A stretch of 64,000 bases of DNA from Candidatus Sumerlaeia bacterium (lineage in GTDB: Bacteria > Sumerlaeota > Sumerlaeia > SLMS01 > JANRJK01): positions 128,001 through 192,000 of the forward strand of contig JANRJK010000046.1 in the NCBI GenBank assembly GCA_033764015.1, written 5' to 3'. Positions 1-10,798 of this stretch are shown one piece after another. The notes under the pieces were generated by a model. The model had not been told where the DNA came from. It saw only the letters and a list, made by a program, of their open reading frames with translations, and did no database searches. Every line of letters starts with the position of its first letter. Position 1 is the stretch's first letter. A program made the position numbers and the translations under genes.

Positions 1-2
1 GG

Positions 3-257
3 TTCTACGCGGCGCTGCTTTGGCGCGCCGCGGTGCCGCCCGGCGGTAGGCGCGCGGCGGCGCTCCCCGACCCGGCGGCGTTCACGGTCTGCGTGGTGGC
101 GGCGACGGGCGCGCTGGACGAGTTGCTGCAAGGCGTGGCGGACCGCGGCCGGACGATGGAGCTGTGGGACTGGGCGGCGGATTGCGCGGGGGCCGCGGCG
201 GTGTGCGCGGCGGGCGCCTGGGAGCGGCGGCGGGCCCGCGGTGCTGGAGGAAGGTGA
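3..257 (+). CDS. VanZ-like membrane protein, 5'-partial
   Basis: Frame open from the window edge; GALDELLQ...GRTMELWDWAADCAG resembles the VanZ C-terminal motif; stop overlaps the tRNA 3' end. Confidence 0.65.
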   Translation, partial: FYAALLWRAAVPPGGRRAAALPDPAAFTVCVVAATGALDELLQGVADRGRTMELWDWAADCAGAAAVCAAGAWERRRARGAGGR

Positions 258-334
258 GAGATTCGAACTCTCGGTGCCCTCGCGGGCACGGCTGCTTTCA
301 AGGCAGCTGCCTTAAACCACTCGGCCAACCTTCC
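245..334 (-). tRNA. tRNA-Ser(TGA), long variable arm, encoded CCA
   Basis: Acceptor stem GGAAGGT/ACCTTCC, anticodon arm GCTGC-CTTGAAA-GCAGC, T arm GAGAG-TTCGAAT-CTCTC. Confidence 0.97.
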
Positions 335-388
335 TCAGCGGTGCGGGACGCGGCGCGATGATCGCCGCGTCCCGCCGGAGGGAATCAA

Positions 389-787
389 TCAAAAGGCGGC
401 GACGCGCCGGGCGGCGTGCTTGTCCGGCGAGTGCTTCTCGAGGGCGGCGCGGGCGGACTCGACCAGCTTGGTGAAGCCGGCCGCGTCGTGGATCGCGATC
501 TCGCTGAGCATCTTGCGGTTGATCTGGATGCCGGCGAGGTTGAGCCCGTTGATCATGCGGCTGTAGGGCATGCCGTTCTGGCGGCACGCCGCGTTGATGC
601 GGGCGATCCAGAGGCGGCGGAAGTTGCGCTTGTTCTGCTTGCGGTCGCGGAAGGCGTAGCGGAGCGCGCGGCGCACCGTTTCCTTGGCGTTCTGGAAGAG
701 GCGGTGGCGCCCCGAGAAATAGCCGCGGGCCAGCTTGAGCATCTTCTTACGGCGGCGGCGCGAGGCGGGGTTGTTTGTGGCTCTCAT
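389..787 (-). CDS. rplT: 50S ribosomal protein L20
   Basis: ARGYFSG...YAFRDRKQNKRNFRRLWIARINAA...INRKMLSEIA; follows rpmI. Confidence 0.98.
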   Translation of the reverse strand: MRATNNPASRRRRKKMLKLARGYFSGRHRLFQNAKETVRRALRYAFRDRKQNKRNFRRLWIARINAACRQNGMPYSRMINGLNLAGIQINRKMLSEIAIHDAAGFTKLVESARAALEKHSPDKHAARRVAAF

Positions 788-847
788 CGGTGGTGGTCCT
801 CGATCGAGGGGAAGTCGGAGTGGCGCGCGGAGGCGTTCGGAGCGGGG

Positions 848-1042
848 TTAGGCCTGGAGCAGCTTGATGACGCGGGCGGCTTCCATGGGGGCCAGCGTTC
901 CGGCCTTCCTCAGGTGGCGCTTCCGCTTCACGGACTTCTTGGTCAGGATGTGGCGGCGGTTCTGCTTGGTGTACTTCACCTTGCCGGTGCCGGTCACCTT
1001 GAAGCGCTTCTTGGTGCCCGAGTGGGTCTTCATCTTCGGCAT
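848..1042 (-). CDS. rpmI: 50S ribosomal protein L35
   Basis: [21 protein letters not shown]...HILTKKS. Confidence 0.98.
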   Translation of the reverse strand: MPKMKTHSGTKKRFKVTGTGKVKYTKQNRRHILTKKSVKRKRHLRKAGTLAPMEAARVIKLLQA

Positions 1043-1091
1043 CGGGAATCTCCTTTCGTTGCCGTGTGCGGCGGCTTGCTGGACCGCGGGG

Positions 1092-1652
1092 TCAGGACTC
1101 TTCGGCGTCCGCGGCCTTGGCGGCGGCGGCCTTCGCCTGTGCCTTCTTCTTGGGGCTCATCATGAAGTTGTGGATGCGGCCCATGCGCTGGATACCCTGC
1201 TCGACGTCGGCCACTTCCTTCAGCGACTCGGTCACGTTCTCCACCAGCTCGTGCACGCGCTCGGGCTTGGTGACCTCGCGTCCGCGCAGGGTGATGGTGA
1301 ACTTCACCTTGTCGCCCTTGTCGAAGAACTTCCGCGCGTGCCCCAGCTTCGTCTCGAGGTCGTGCTTGTCGATCGAGATGCGGAGCTTGATTTCCTTCAG
1401 CTCCGAGGCGTGGGCCTTCTTGCGCGCTTCCTTCTTTTTCTTCTTCAGGTCGTAGAGGGCCTTCTTGAAATCGTAAATCCGGCAAACGGGGGGGTCCGCT
1501 TCCGGAGCCACCTCCACGAGGTCCAAGCTGGCTTCCTCCGCCTTGCGGAGCGCCTCCTCGAACGACAACACGCCAAGCATCTCGCCGGTCGCGGAGACCA
1601 GGCGGACTTGCGGCGAGCGGATCTGCCGATTCACGCGGGTATCGGGCTTAAT
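1092..1652 (-). CDS. infC: translation initiation factor IF-3 (ATT start)
   Basis: [12 protein letters not shown]...LDLVEVAP...PPVCRIYD...KEIKLR...GDKVK; in-frame ATT at 1652 preceded by SD GGAGG. Confidence 0.97.
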   Translation of the reverse strand: MKPDTRVNRQIRSPQVRLVSATGEMLGVLSFEEALRKAEEASLDLVEVAPEADPPVCRIYDFKKALYDLKKKKKEARKKAHASELKEIKLRISIDKHDLETKLGHARKFFDKGDKVKFTITLRGREVTKPERVHELVENVTESLKEVADVEQGIQRMGRIHNFMMSPKKKAQAKAAAAKAADAEES

Positions 1653-1681
1653 AGGACACCTCCGTCCGTTGCTGCGGGGCC

Positions 1682-1852
1682 CAAAACAAAAAGGCCTTTG
1701 CGTCGAATGGTCGCAAAGGCGCTCCGGGCGTTTCGGTTGTGGGGATGGAGCGCGCAGCCCACGGGGCGCGGCGCGATCCGTCTTGGGGAACCGACCCGTG
1801 CCGCAGCCCTCGCGGGGCGCCGACGGGTGAGAAGCCGGAGAGCCTCTACTTG
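1682..1852 (-). promoter_or_regulatory. L20-leader-like ribosomal protein attenuator with intrinsic terminator
   Basis: AAGTAGAGGCTCTCCGGCTTCTCACC start; terminator GCCTTTGCG/CGCAAAGGC + T-tract; 9/10 bp antiterminator pairing between 1835-1844 and 1718-1727. Confidence 0.75.
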
Positions 1853-1989
1853 TCCCGCACGCGGCGGGAAATGGAAGGGAACCCGCGCCCGCCCCCGCGC
1901 GTCAACGCTTTTCGTGCCCTGATGGAGCACAAAGCATCCGGCGATCACGAGGGGCGAGGGGGGGGAGAGCGGGAGCCTCCGATGCCCGC

Positions 1990-2646
1990 CTAGGGCGCCG
2001 GTTCGCCCTCGATGTGCAGCTCGGGCGTGTTTGCGGAGGTGATGGATAGAGGCGTGCATGCACCGGACGGGGCGACTGCAAGGTAGAAGGTGTACTCCCC
2101 CGGCAGGCTGCCCCCTTTGGCATTCGCCGAAAAGCGCGCGGACACGAAGGCAAGCGCTTCCACGTCCCCGCCGACGTCGAGCTTGGCAATGTCGCGCAGG
2201 TCGGAGAGCAAGGGGTCGCCCTCCGCCACAAGCGCGATCTCAAGCCGACTGGGATCAATTGATTCCCAGCGGTAGTTCTCACTGCCGAGCATGCCTCGAA
2301 ACGCCGCGAAGCCTCCGTCGACCGGAGGAGCCAAACCCCAACTTGGCCCCATAAAGTCCGCCGACTCCGGCGTCGTCGAGGCGACCACCGAGTAGACCCC
2401 CAAGACGCGCTCCGCGAGTGCTCGGCGCCCCAAGCCAACGGAGTCGGCCACATCAGGCGGCACCCTGTCCTCGAAAAGGTTGACGGCTTCGTTCCGGCGC
2501 TTGGCGAGGTCGCTTGGCCTCACTGAAACCATTGTCGGGGAAGGCTGCGGCGCCGCTCCCTGACTCTCCACGTCGTGATCGGGTGAGCAGGCGCACAAGA
2601 GCAACAGCGCAACCATTACCAAGCGCGGCACCAGAGGATGCGTCAA
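1990..2646 (-). CDS. hypothetical lipoprotein
   Basis: Hydrophobic LVMVALLLLCAC lipobox-like signal; TTG start overlaps the upstream stop; exact start uncertain. Confidence 0.65.
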   Translation of the reverse strand: MTHPLVPRLVMVALLLLCACSPDHDVESQGAAPQPSPTMVSVRPSDLAKRRNEAVNLFEDRVPPDVADSVGLGRRALAERVLGVYSVVASTTPESADFMGPSWGLAPPVDGGFAAFRGMLGSENYRWESIDPSRLEIALVAEGDPLLSDLRDIAKLDVGGDVEALAFVSARFSANAKGGSLPGEYTFYLAVAPSGACTPLSITSANTPELHIEGEPAP

Positions 2647-3023
2647 CAAGGCGATACCTTCTTGGTGACTGATCTCGTTGAGTTTATGACCTTGTAGGTC
2701 CAACGGCAGCACTTGTCGATCCTTGTGCACAGGATACCGTTCGTGTAGGTCGTGACGTACTTGTACCTCGGGCATCCCGCCCTATTCTCGAAGGTCCCGT
2801 TGGTGTACTGATCATCGCAGATCCAGTCCGTCTCCACGCACGGTGGCGGGTCCCCACAAGGATTCTTGACGAGATCGGGCTCCTCAACCTCGGAGGCATC
2901 TCCAGGATTCTCTAGAGGAATACTCGCGAACGCGAGCGAGACCGCTATCGCTACCGCTGCAAGGGACGCAATTGACTTCTTGGAAATCATGCCTGGTGCC
3001 ATCCTTCCGGGTTGGGATGGCAT
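2643..3023 (-). CDS. small secreted Cys-rich protein (8 Cys)
   Basis: Signal peptide KKSIASLAAVAIAVSLAFA; lower GC; the true start may be a downstream ATG. Confidence 0.7.
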   Translation of the reverse strand: MPSQPGRMAPGMISKKSIASLAAVAIAVSLAFASIPLENPGDASEVEEPDLVKNPCGDPPPCVETDWICDDQYTNGTFENRAGCPRYKYVTTYTNGILCTRIDKCCRWTYKVINSTRSVTKKVSPC

Positions 3024-3170
3024 GGTGTTTGCCCCTCCCCCCGAACGTCCGGCGCAACAAGATTGTTCTCAAGAACTCGCAAGAGCGCGAGCGAGTGCGG
3101 TCCCGCTTACCTGCGTACGGGGCAGCAATGGATCGATGAGCCATGTCAGCGCGTCGCAGGCTAGGTCTGC

Positions 3171-3219
3171 AAAAAGGTGATGCCGGAGCGTGCCCCCGGA
3201 ATCGTCACGCTCCGGCATC
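3171..3219 (-). terminator. intrinsic terminator-like hairpin
   Basis: 14-bp perfect stem GATGCCGGAGCGTG/CACGCTCCGGCATC followed on the minus strand by ACCTTTTT. Confidence 0.6.
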
Positions 3220-3472
3220 GGCTTACGAATGGAGATGTAAACTCCGCTCCCTTAAGCTGTTCCCCCAGCGTGCCGTTGCTATGGCTACCCTATACCACGT
3301 CTCGTGCCGCTACGCGCGGAGCAGCTATGTCCGGCAAGCACAGGGCTGATTTCAATAATCTTAACGGCTCTTCGGGAGGGCGCCGCCGACGGTGCGCCGG
3401 TGCGAATCCACGGCCCCGCCGCAACGGCGCGCGTTGCGCCGTGCGGGTGCCGTTGCAGCGCTGCAACCTTGT

Positions 3473-4849
3473 CTACGGAGCGCGGCGGGGCGCCGCCGGC
3501 GCGAGCGCCACCACCACCAGCAACGGCCAAATCGGCAGCCGGAACCGCGGGCCGGTGTTGCCGCCGGCCCAAAGCGACAGACCAGTGAGCAGCCCCGCCG
3601 CCGCCAGCGGCAGCAGCAGCCGCGCGTCGCGCTCCCCGAGCGCGCGCCACCCCCGCGCGATGGCGAGCCACAGCACCGCGAACAGGAGCGCCTGCTCCGC
3701 CAGGCCGAGCAGTAGGCCCTTCCACGCGGCGCGGTCGAGCGCGCCGCCGCCGGAAAGCATCGCCCCCGTGCCCGGGTAGGCGGCCCCGACCCACGGGCCA
3801 TAGTCCCGTAACGCGGGGGCGTAGAGCGCGGCGAGGCTCCGGAGCGTCACGCGCAGCGTCGCGGCGGGGTGCCCGGCGAAGATCCCGAGCGCCTCCGAAG
3901 TCCACCGGTCCGCGAGAGGCCCCGGCGGCGCCTCGCGCGACGGCCGGCTGATGAGGTGGTAGTGCTCCTTGAACTCGGCGATGTAGACCGTCCAGAAGTC
4001 CACTCCCTCCGCCTCGGCGCGGACCCGGTTGGCGTGCTCGAAGCGCAGGTTCCAGGCGCCGATCTCGCAGAAATGGAACGAGCCGAGCACCACCCGGTTG
4101 CGCGCCGTCCACGCGAGCGCCGGGAGCGCGAGCACGAGCAGCGCGGCCGCGGCCCAGCGCGGGGACAGGCGCCCGCGCCAAGCGATCCCCGCCACCGCCA
4201 AACCGGCCAGCGGCAGGAGGTACAACCCCACCGGGCGCACGAGTGGCAGCAGCCCGGCTACCGCGCACCCCATCAGCAGCGGCCCGCGCCCCGTCCGCCC
4301 GCCCAGCCCCGCGCGGAACCCCAGCCACAGCGCCGCGCAGACGCCGCACAGGAAGAGCACGTCCGTGTAGACGTAGAGCACCCATTGGAGCGTCAGCGGG
4401 TGGGCGGCGACGAACGCGGCGGCCACCGCCGCGCGCCGGGGGCCGGCGCCGAGTTCGCGCGCCGCGAGCCCCGCGAAGAGCCCCGCCCCAAGCGCCAGCA
4501 GCGCGTTGAGCCCCACCGCCACGAACGGGTCGGAGCCGAAGAGCGCGAAGGCAAGCGCCAGCACCGCCGGATAGCCCGGGGTCCGCATGCTGGAAGGCAA
4601 CAGATCGGGCGGGGGGATCTCGGAGAAGACGCCGTGGAGTCGCAGGTTCTCGGCCGCGCGCCAGTAGCCGACCGCGTCGAACTGCACCAGGCCCGGCACC
4701 CGCTGGTGGTGCGCGGCGGTCCAAAGCGCGGCCGCGAGCGCGGAGAGCGCCAGCGCCGCCGCCAGCCAACGCCGGAAGCGCGCCGCGTCGCTTCCTCCTT
4801 GCCGGTCGGAGGGCGGCGACTCAAGCTTGGCGGCGGAGGAAGGCGTCAT
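3473..4849 (-). CDS. GT-C fold (ArnT/PMT-like) membrane glycosyltransferase
   Basis: FDAVGY...A.NL, RTPGYP, YTDVLF, LVRP, W.ARN and PRFRLP motifs; many TM helices. Confidence 0.8.
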   Translation of the reverse strand: MTPSSAAKLESPPSDRQGGSDAARFRRWLAAALALSALAAALWTAAHHQRVPGLVQFDAVGYWRAAENLRLHGVFSEIPPPDLLPSSMRTPGYPAVLALAFALFGSDPFVAVGLNALLALGAGLFAGLAARELGAGPRRAAVAAAFVAAHPLTLQWVLYVYTDVLFLCGVCAALWLGFRAGLGGRTGRGPLLMGCAVAGLLPLVRPVGLYLLPLAGLAVAGIAWRGRLSPRWAAAALLVLALPALAWTARNRVVLGSFHFCEIGAWNLRFEHANRVRAEAEGVDFWTVYIAEFKEHYHLISRPSREAPPGPLADRWTSEALGIFAGHPAATLRVTLRSLAALYAPALRDYGPWVGAAYPGTGAMLSGGGALDRAAWKGLLLGLAEQALLFAVLWLAIARGWRALGERDARLLLPLAAAGLLTGLSLWAGGNTGPRFRLPIWPLLVVVALAPAAPRRAP

Positions 4850-6035
4850 GGGCGGAACCCTCGCGGCAACACCCCCCGGAACGGAAGTCGATTCTCCGCG
4901 GGCGATCAACGACGTGCTCACGCTGCTGGACCAGACGTACCTCAGCGAGCGCACCGTGGGAAGGCCCACGCACTACGACATCGCCGTCTCCGTGGTCTGC
5001 AACATCAAGTGCCCGTTCTGCCCCCGGCAGACCTTCGGCGACGAGGTGAAGTCCGGCCTGCTCAAGCAGGAGCACTTCGACCCCGTCGCGCCGCACCTCG
5101 AGGTGAGCCACAAGACCGGCCTCTACGGCCTCGGCGAGCCCTTCCTGAACAAGAACTTCATGCGCTACCTGAAGGAGACCAAGGCGCGCGGCAGCTACGC
5201 CATGACCAGCTCCCACGGCATGTCGCTCACCAGCGAGATGATCGACACGATCCTCGACTCCGGCCTCGACGAGCTGTGCGTCTCCATGGACGGCCCGACG
5301 CCGCGGACCTTCAACTTCCTGCGCGACGGCGCGGACTTCGACACGGTCTGCCGCAACGTCGGCGAGCTGCTGCGGCGCCGCGGCGCGCGCGGCCAGGAGC
5401 TGCCCCGCGTCCACATCGCCTGCGCCGTCTCGAAGTACAACGTCTGGCACATGGCGGGGATGGTGCGCCTCGCGCTCCGCCTCGGCGCGGACCGGCTCGT
5501 GTTCTCGAACCTCGTGCTCGACCACCCGGAGCACGCCCACGCTTCGATCGTCGGCACGCGCATGTTCCATTGGAACCTCGCGCGGGCGAAGAAAGCGGCG
5601 GAACGCGCCGGCCTCGAATGCTTCTACTTCCCCCAGAAGCCGTTCCCCTGGCTCGAGCTGCCGAACCCCGCGCCCCGCAAAGGCGTCCGCCACGGCTGCC
5701 CCTCCGCCTGGCGCTCGCTCATCATCGAACGCGACGGCAACGTGAAGCCCTGCTGCTACCTGGCCACGTCCTTCGGCAACACCGCCGAGGCGCCCATGGA
5801 GGAGATCTTCAACAGCGGGAAGGCCCGCGAGCTGCGCCGCAGCTTCATCGAGGGAACCTATTGGGACGCCTGCAAAGGATGCGGGCAGTTCAGCGAGATC
5901 ACGCCGGAGCGGACGCTCGACCTGATCGGCGAGGCGGAGGCGGCCGCGCGCGCCGGCGCCTTCAGCGACGGCGTGCGCGAGCGGCTGCTCCACACGGTCG
6001 CGCACTTCCGGGAGTTGGCGGCGGCGGCGAAGTAG
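4848..6035 (+). CDS. radical SAM protein with SPASM/Twitch domain
   Basis: CNIKCPFC, GLGEPF; C-terminal CPSAW...DGNVKPCC...FGN...CKGC. Confidence 0.92.
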   Translation: MGGTLAATPPGTEVDSPRAINDVLTLLDQTYLSERTVGRPTHYDIAVSVVCNIKCPFCPRQTFGDEVKSGLLKQEHFDPVAPHLEVSHKTGLYGLGEPFLNKNFMRYLKETKARGSYAMTSSHGMSLTSEMIDTILDSGLDELCVSMDGPTPRTFNFLRDGADFDTVCRNVGELLRRRGARGQELPRVHIACAVSKYNVWHMAGMVRLALRLGADRLVFSNLVLDHPEHAHASIVGTRMFHWNLARAKKAAERAGLECFYFPQKPFPWLELPNPAPRKGVRHGCPSAWRSLIIERDGNVKPCCYLATSFGNTAEAPMEEIFNSGKARELRRSFIEGTYWDACKGCGQFSEITPERTLDLIGEAEAAARAGAFSDGVRERLLHTVAHFRELAAAAK

Positions 6036-6061
6036 CCGCCGCCGACCGCCCGCCCGCGGGG

Positions 6062-8572
<2,511 letters not shown>

Positions 8573-8811
8573 CAGTTAGTAGGGCCGGGGTCCAAGATAG
8601 TCCAGTATACTCAAGGTAGAGCGCACCGGAGCGACGGGCACGGCAACCCTAAAGCGGACATGCGGGGTGGCATGGCAAAACGCTTCATCAACCGCCGCCG
8701 CGGGTCCCGGGTGCTCGTATCGGCTTGAACTCCAAGCCGTTCGCTGCTTGGCTAACCCCCGCAGCAGAGTCTAGGCGTCGTCCGTTCCACCCCCGGGGGA
8801 AGGCATCCGAC

Positions 8812-9852
8812 ATGTCGGCACGCTCCGAACAGATGCGCGACCGCTTCCTTGGCGCGATGGTGGGGCTCGCCATCGGCGAGGCCCTCGCCGCGCCCGCCGT
8901 GGGCCGGGCGCACTACGCGGTCGAATCCGAGCACCCCGGCGGCATCCAGGACCTGCACGGCGGAGGCCCGTACCGCGCCGCACCGGGCGAACTCCTCTCC
9001 GGCGCCACGCAGCTCCTCGAATGCATCGAGTCCTACGCCGTCAACCAGGAGGTCGACGGCTTCGACCTCGCCTTCCGCCTAGGCTCCCTGACCGAGTCCG
9101 ACGTGAAGGGTTTCGGCGACGACGAGCGCACGATCCTCGCCCACCTCTACGAGAACCCCGAGCGCTGGGACTCGCAGGCGAACGACTACTGGTCCCGCTC
9201 CTGCGGCATGGTCAGCGACGCTTCGCCGCTTCCCCGCTGCGCCCTCGTCGCCGCCGTCCACACCGACAACATGGACCTCCTCACGCAGGACACGATCCGG
9301 CTCTGCAAGCTCACGCACGCGGACCCTCGCTGCGTCGAGGCGGCGCTCGCCTTCAACTTCCTCCTGCTGCAATGCCTCAAGGGCCACTTCTCCACCGACC
9401 TTCCGGCGCAGGCGTCCGGCTTCGTCGTCAACCTCCGCCACTCCGAAATGTACTCCCGCGTGGTGCTCGACTTCGGCGAGCTCCGCTTCCGGAGCGAGTT
9501 CATCGCGTCCGCCTCGCTGCCCTACCCGGAGGATGTCGAGGCGGTGTCCGACGCGCTCGATTCGATCAAGAAGGCGAAGCTCTTCGACCTGCGGACCACC
9601 GGGACCGCGGCGAGCGCGCTCGCCGCGGCGGCCTGGACGCTGGCGAACGCGAAGGACTTCGGCCCCGGCGTCAGCCAGCTCGTGAGCCTCGGCGGCTCCG
9701 CGGACCGCAACGGCGCGCTCGCCGGCGCGCTGCTCGGCGCGCGCTTCGGGCTCTCGCGCATCCCCCCGGTCTGGCTGCGCAAGCTGACCGACCGCTCGCG
9801 CATCGTGACGCTGGTCGAGAAGCTGCTCCTGATCTCCTCCCCCGTGGCTTGA
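8812..9852 (+). CDS. ADP-ribosylglycohydrolase family protein with degenerate active site
   Basis: DRFLGAMVGLAIGEALA, LTHADPRC, GALAGALLGARFGLSRIP..W. Confidence 0.85.
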   Translation: MSARSEQMRDRFLGAMVGLAIGEALAAPAVGRAHYAVESEHPGGIQDLHGGGPYRAAPGELLSGATQLLECIESYAVNQEVDGFDLAFRLGSLTESDVKGFGDDERTILAHLYENPERWDSQANDYWSRSCGMVSDASPLPRCALVAAVHTDNMDLLTQDTIRLCKLTHADPRCVEAALAFNFLLLQCLKGHFSTDLPAQASGFVVNLRHSEMYSRVVLDFGELRFRSEFIASASLPYPEDVEAVSDALDSIKKAKLFDLRTTGTAASALAAAAWTLANAKDFGPGVSQLVSLGGSADRNGALAGALLGARFGLSRIPPVWLRKLTDRSRIVTLVEKLLLISSPVA

Positions 9853-9883
9853 CCCCGCCCCGCGGCGGCCCAGCATCGCGCCC

Positions 9884-10798
9884 ATGAAGCGCGCCCTCGC
9901 CGCCGCCGCGACCATCGTCCTGCTCGCGCTCCTCGCGAACCTGGTCGAGTGGCGCGCGCTCGGCGGCGTCTTCTCGCGGGCGCACCCCGCGTGGCTCGCG
10001 CCCGGCTGCGCCATCGTCCTCCTCTTTCCGCTCCTGAACGCCGCCCGGTGGCAGGCCGCGCTCGAAGCCGTCGGCGTGCGCATGGGCTTCGCCGAATGCC
10101 TGCGCGTCACGATGGCGGTGTGGCCCGTGGGCACGCTCACGCCGGCGAAGGCGGGCGAATTCCTCAAGGCGCTCGCGGTCCGCCCCGGCGGCACCCTGGG
10201 GCAGGGCGTCGGCAGCGCGCTCGCCGAGCGCGTCGTCGATGTCGGCGTGCTCGGGGCGTTCGGCGCGGCCTTCGGGCTGGCGGCGGGCTCCGCGCCGGCG
10301 GCGCTGGCCGGGGCCGCGGCGCTCGCGGCGGCGCTCGCCGCCTTCGGCTTGGCGCGACCGCTCTCGCGCCGGTTCGCGGCGGCCCGGCCGGGGAAGCTGG
10401 CGGAGAAACTGCTCCGGCTCGCCGAGGCGCTCCCGGCGCTGGCGCGCTCGCCCGGCTGCTTCGCGCGCTGCGCGGGGGCGTCCGCGCTCAACTGGTTCCT
10501 GTCGATGCTCCAGCTCTGGCTGCTGCTGCGGGCGTTCGGCGCGCCGTCGCCGCTGGTGCTGGTCGTCGGCGTGCTGCCCGCGGCGACCTTCGCGGGGCTG
10601 CTGCCGGTGACCGTGGCGGGGGCGGGGACGCGGGACGCCGCGCTGCTCGCGCTCACGCACGGCGCCATCGACGGCCCCGCGCTGCTCGCCGCCGGCGTGG
10701 TGTACACGTTGACCGGCTACTTCGCCTTGGGCGTGCTGGGGCTTCCGCAGCTCGCCCGCCTCCGCCACCGACTCGCCGCCGAGGAGCACGCACCGTGA
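9884..10798 (+). CDS. lysylphosphatidylglycerol-synthase TM-like (UPF0104 flippase-like) membrane protein
   Basis: ARW, TPAKAGE, ERVVD and LPVTVAGAGTRD motifs. Confidence 0.85.
   Translation: MKRALAAAATIVLLALLANLVEWRALGGVFSRAHPAWLAPGCAIVLLFPLLNAARWQAALEAVGVRMGFAECLRVTMAVWPVGTLTPAKAGEFLKALAVRPGGTLGQGVGSALAERVVDVGVLGAFGAAFGLAAGSAPAALAGAAALAAALAAFGLARPLSRRFAAARPGKLAEKLLRLAEALPALARSPGCFARCAGASALNWFLSMLQLWLLLRAFGAPSPLVLVVGVLPAATFAGLLPVTVAGAGTRDAALLALTHGAIDGPALLAAGVVYTLTGYFALGVLGLPQLARLRHRLAAEEHAP

Noticed and set aside
3345..3372. AT-rich GAGCCGTTAAG segment resembling an IS end
   Set aside because: No partner inverted repeat or transposase remnant found
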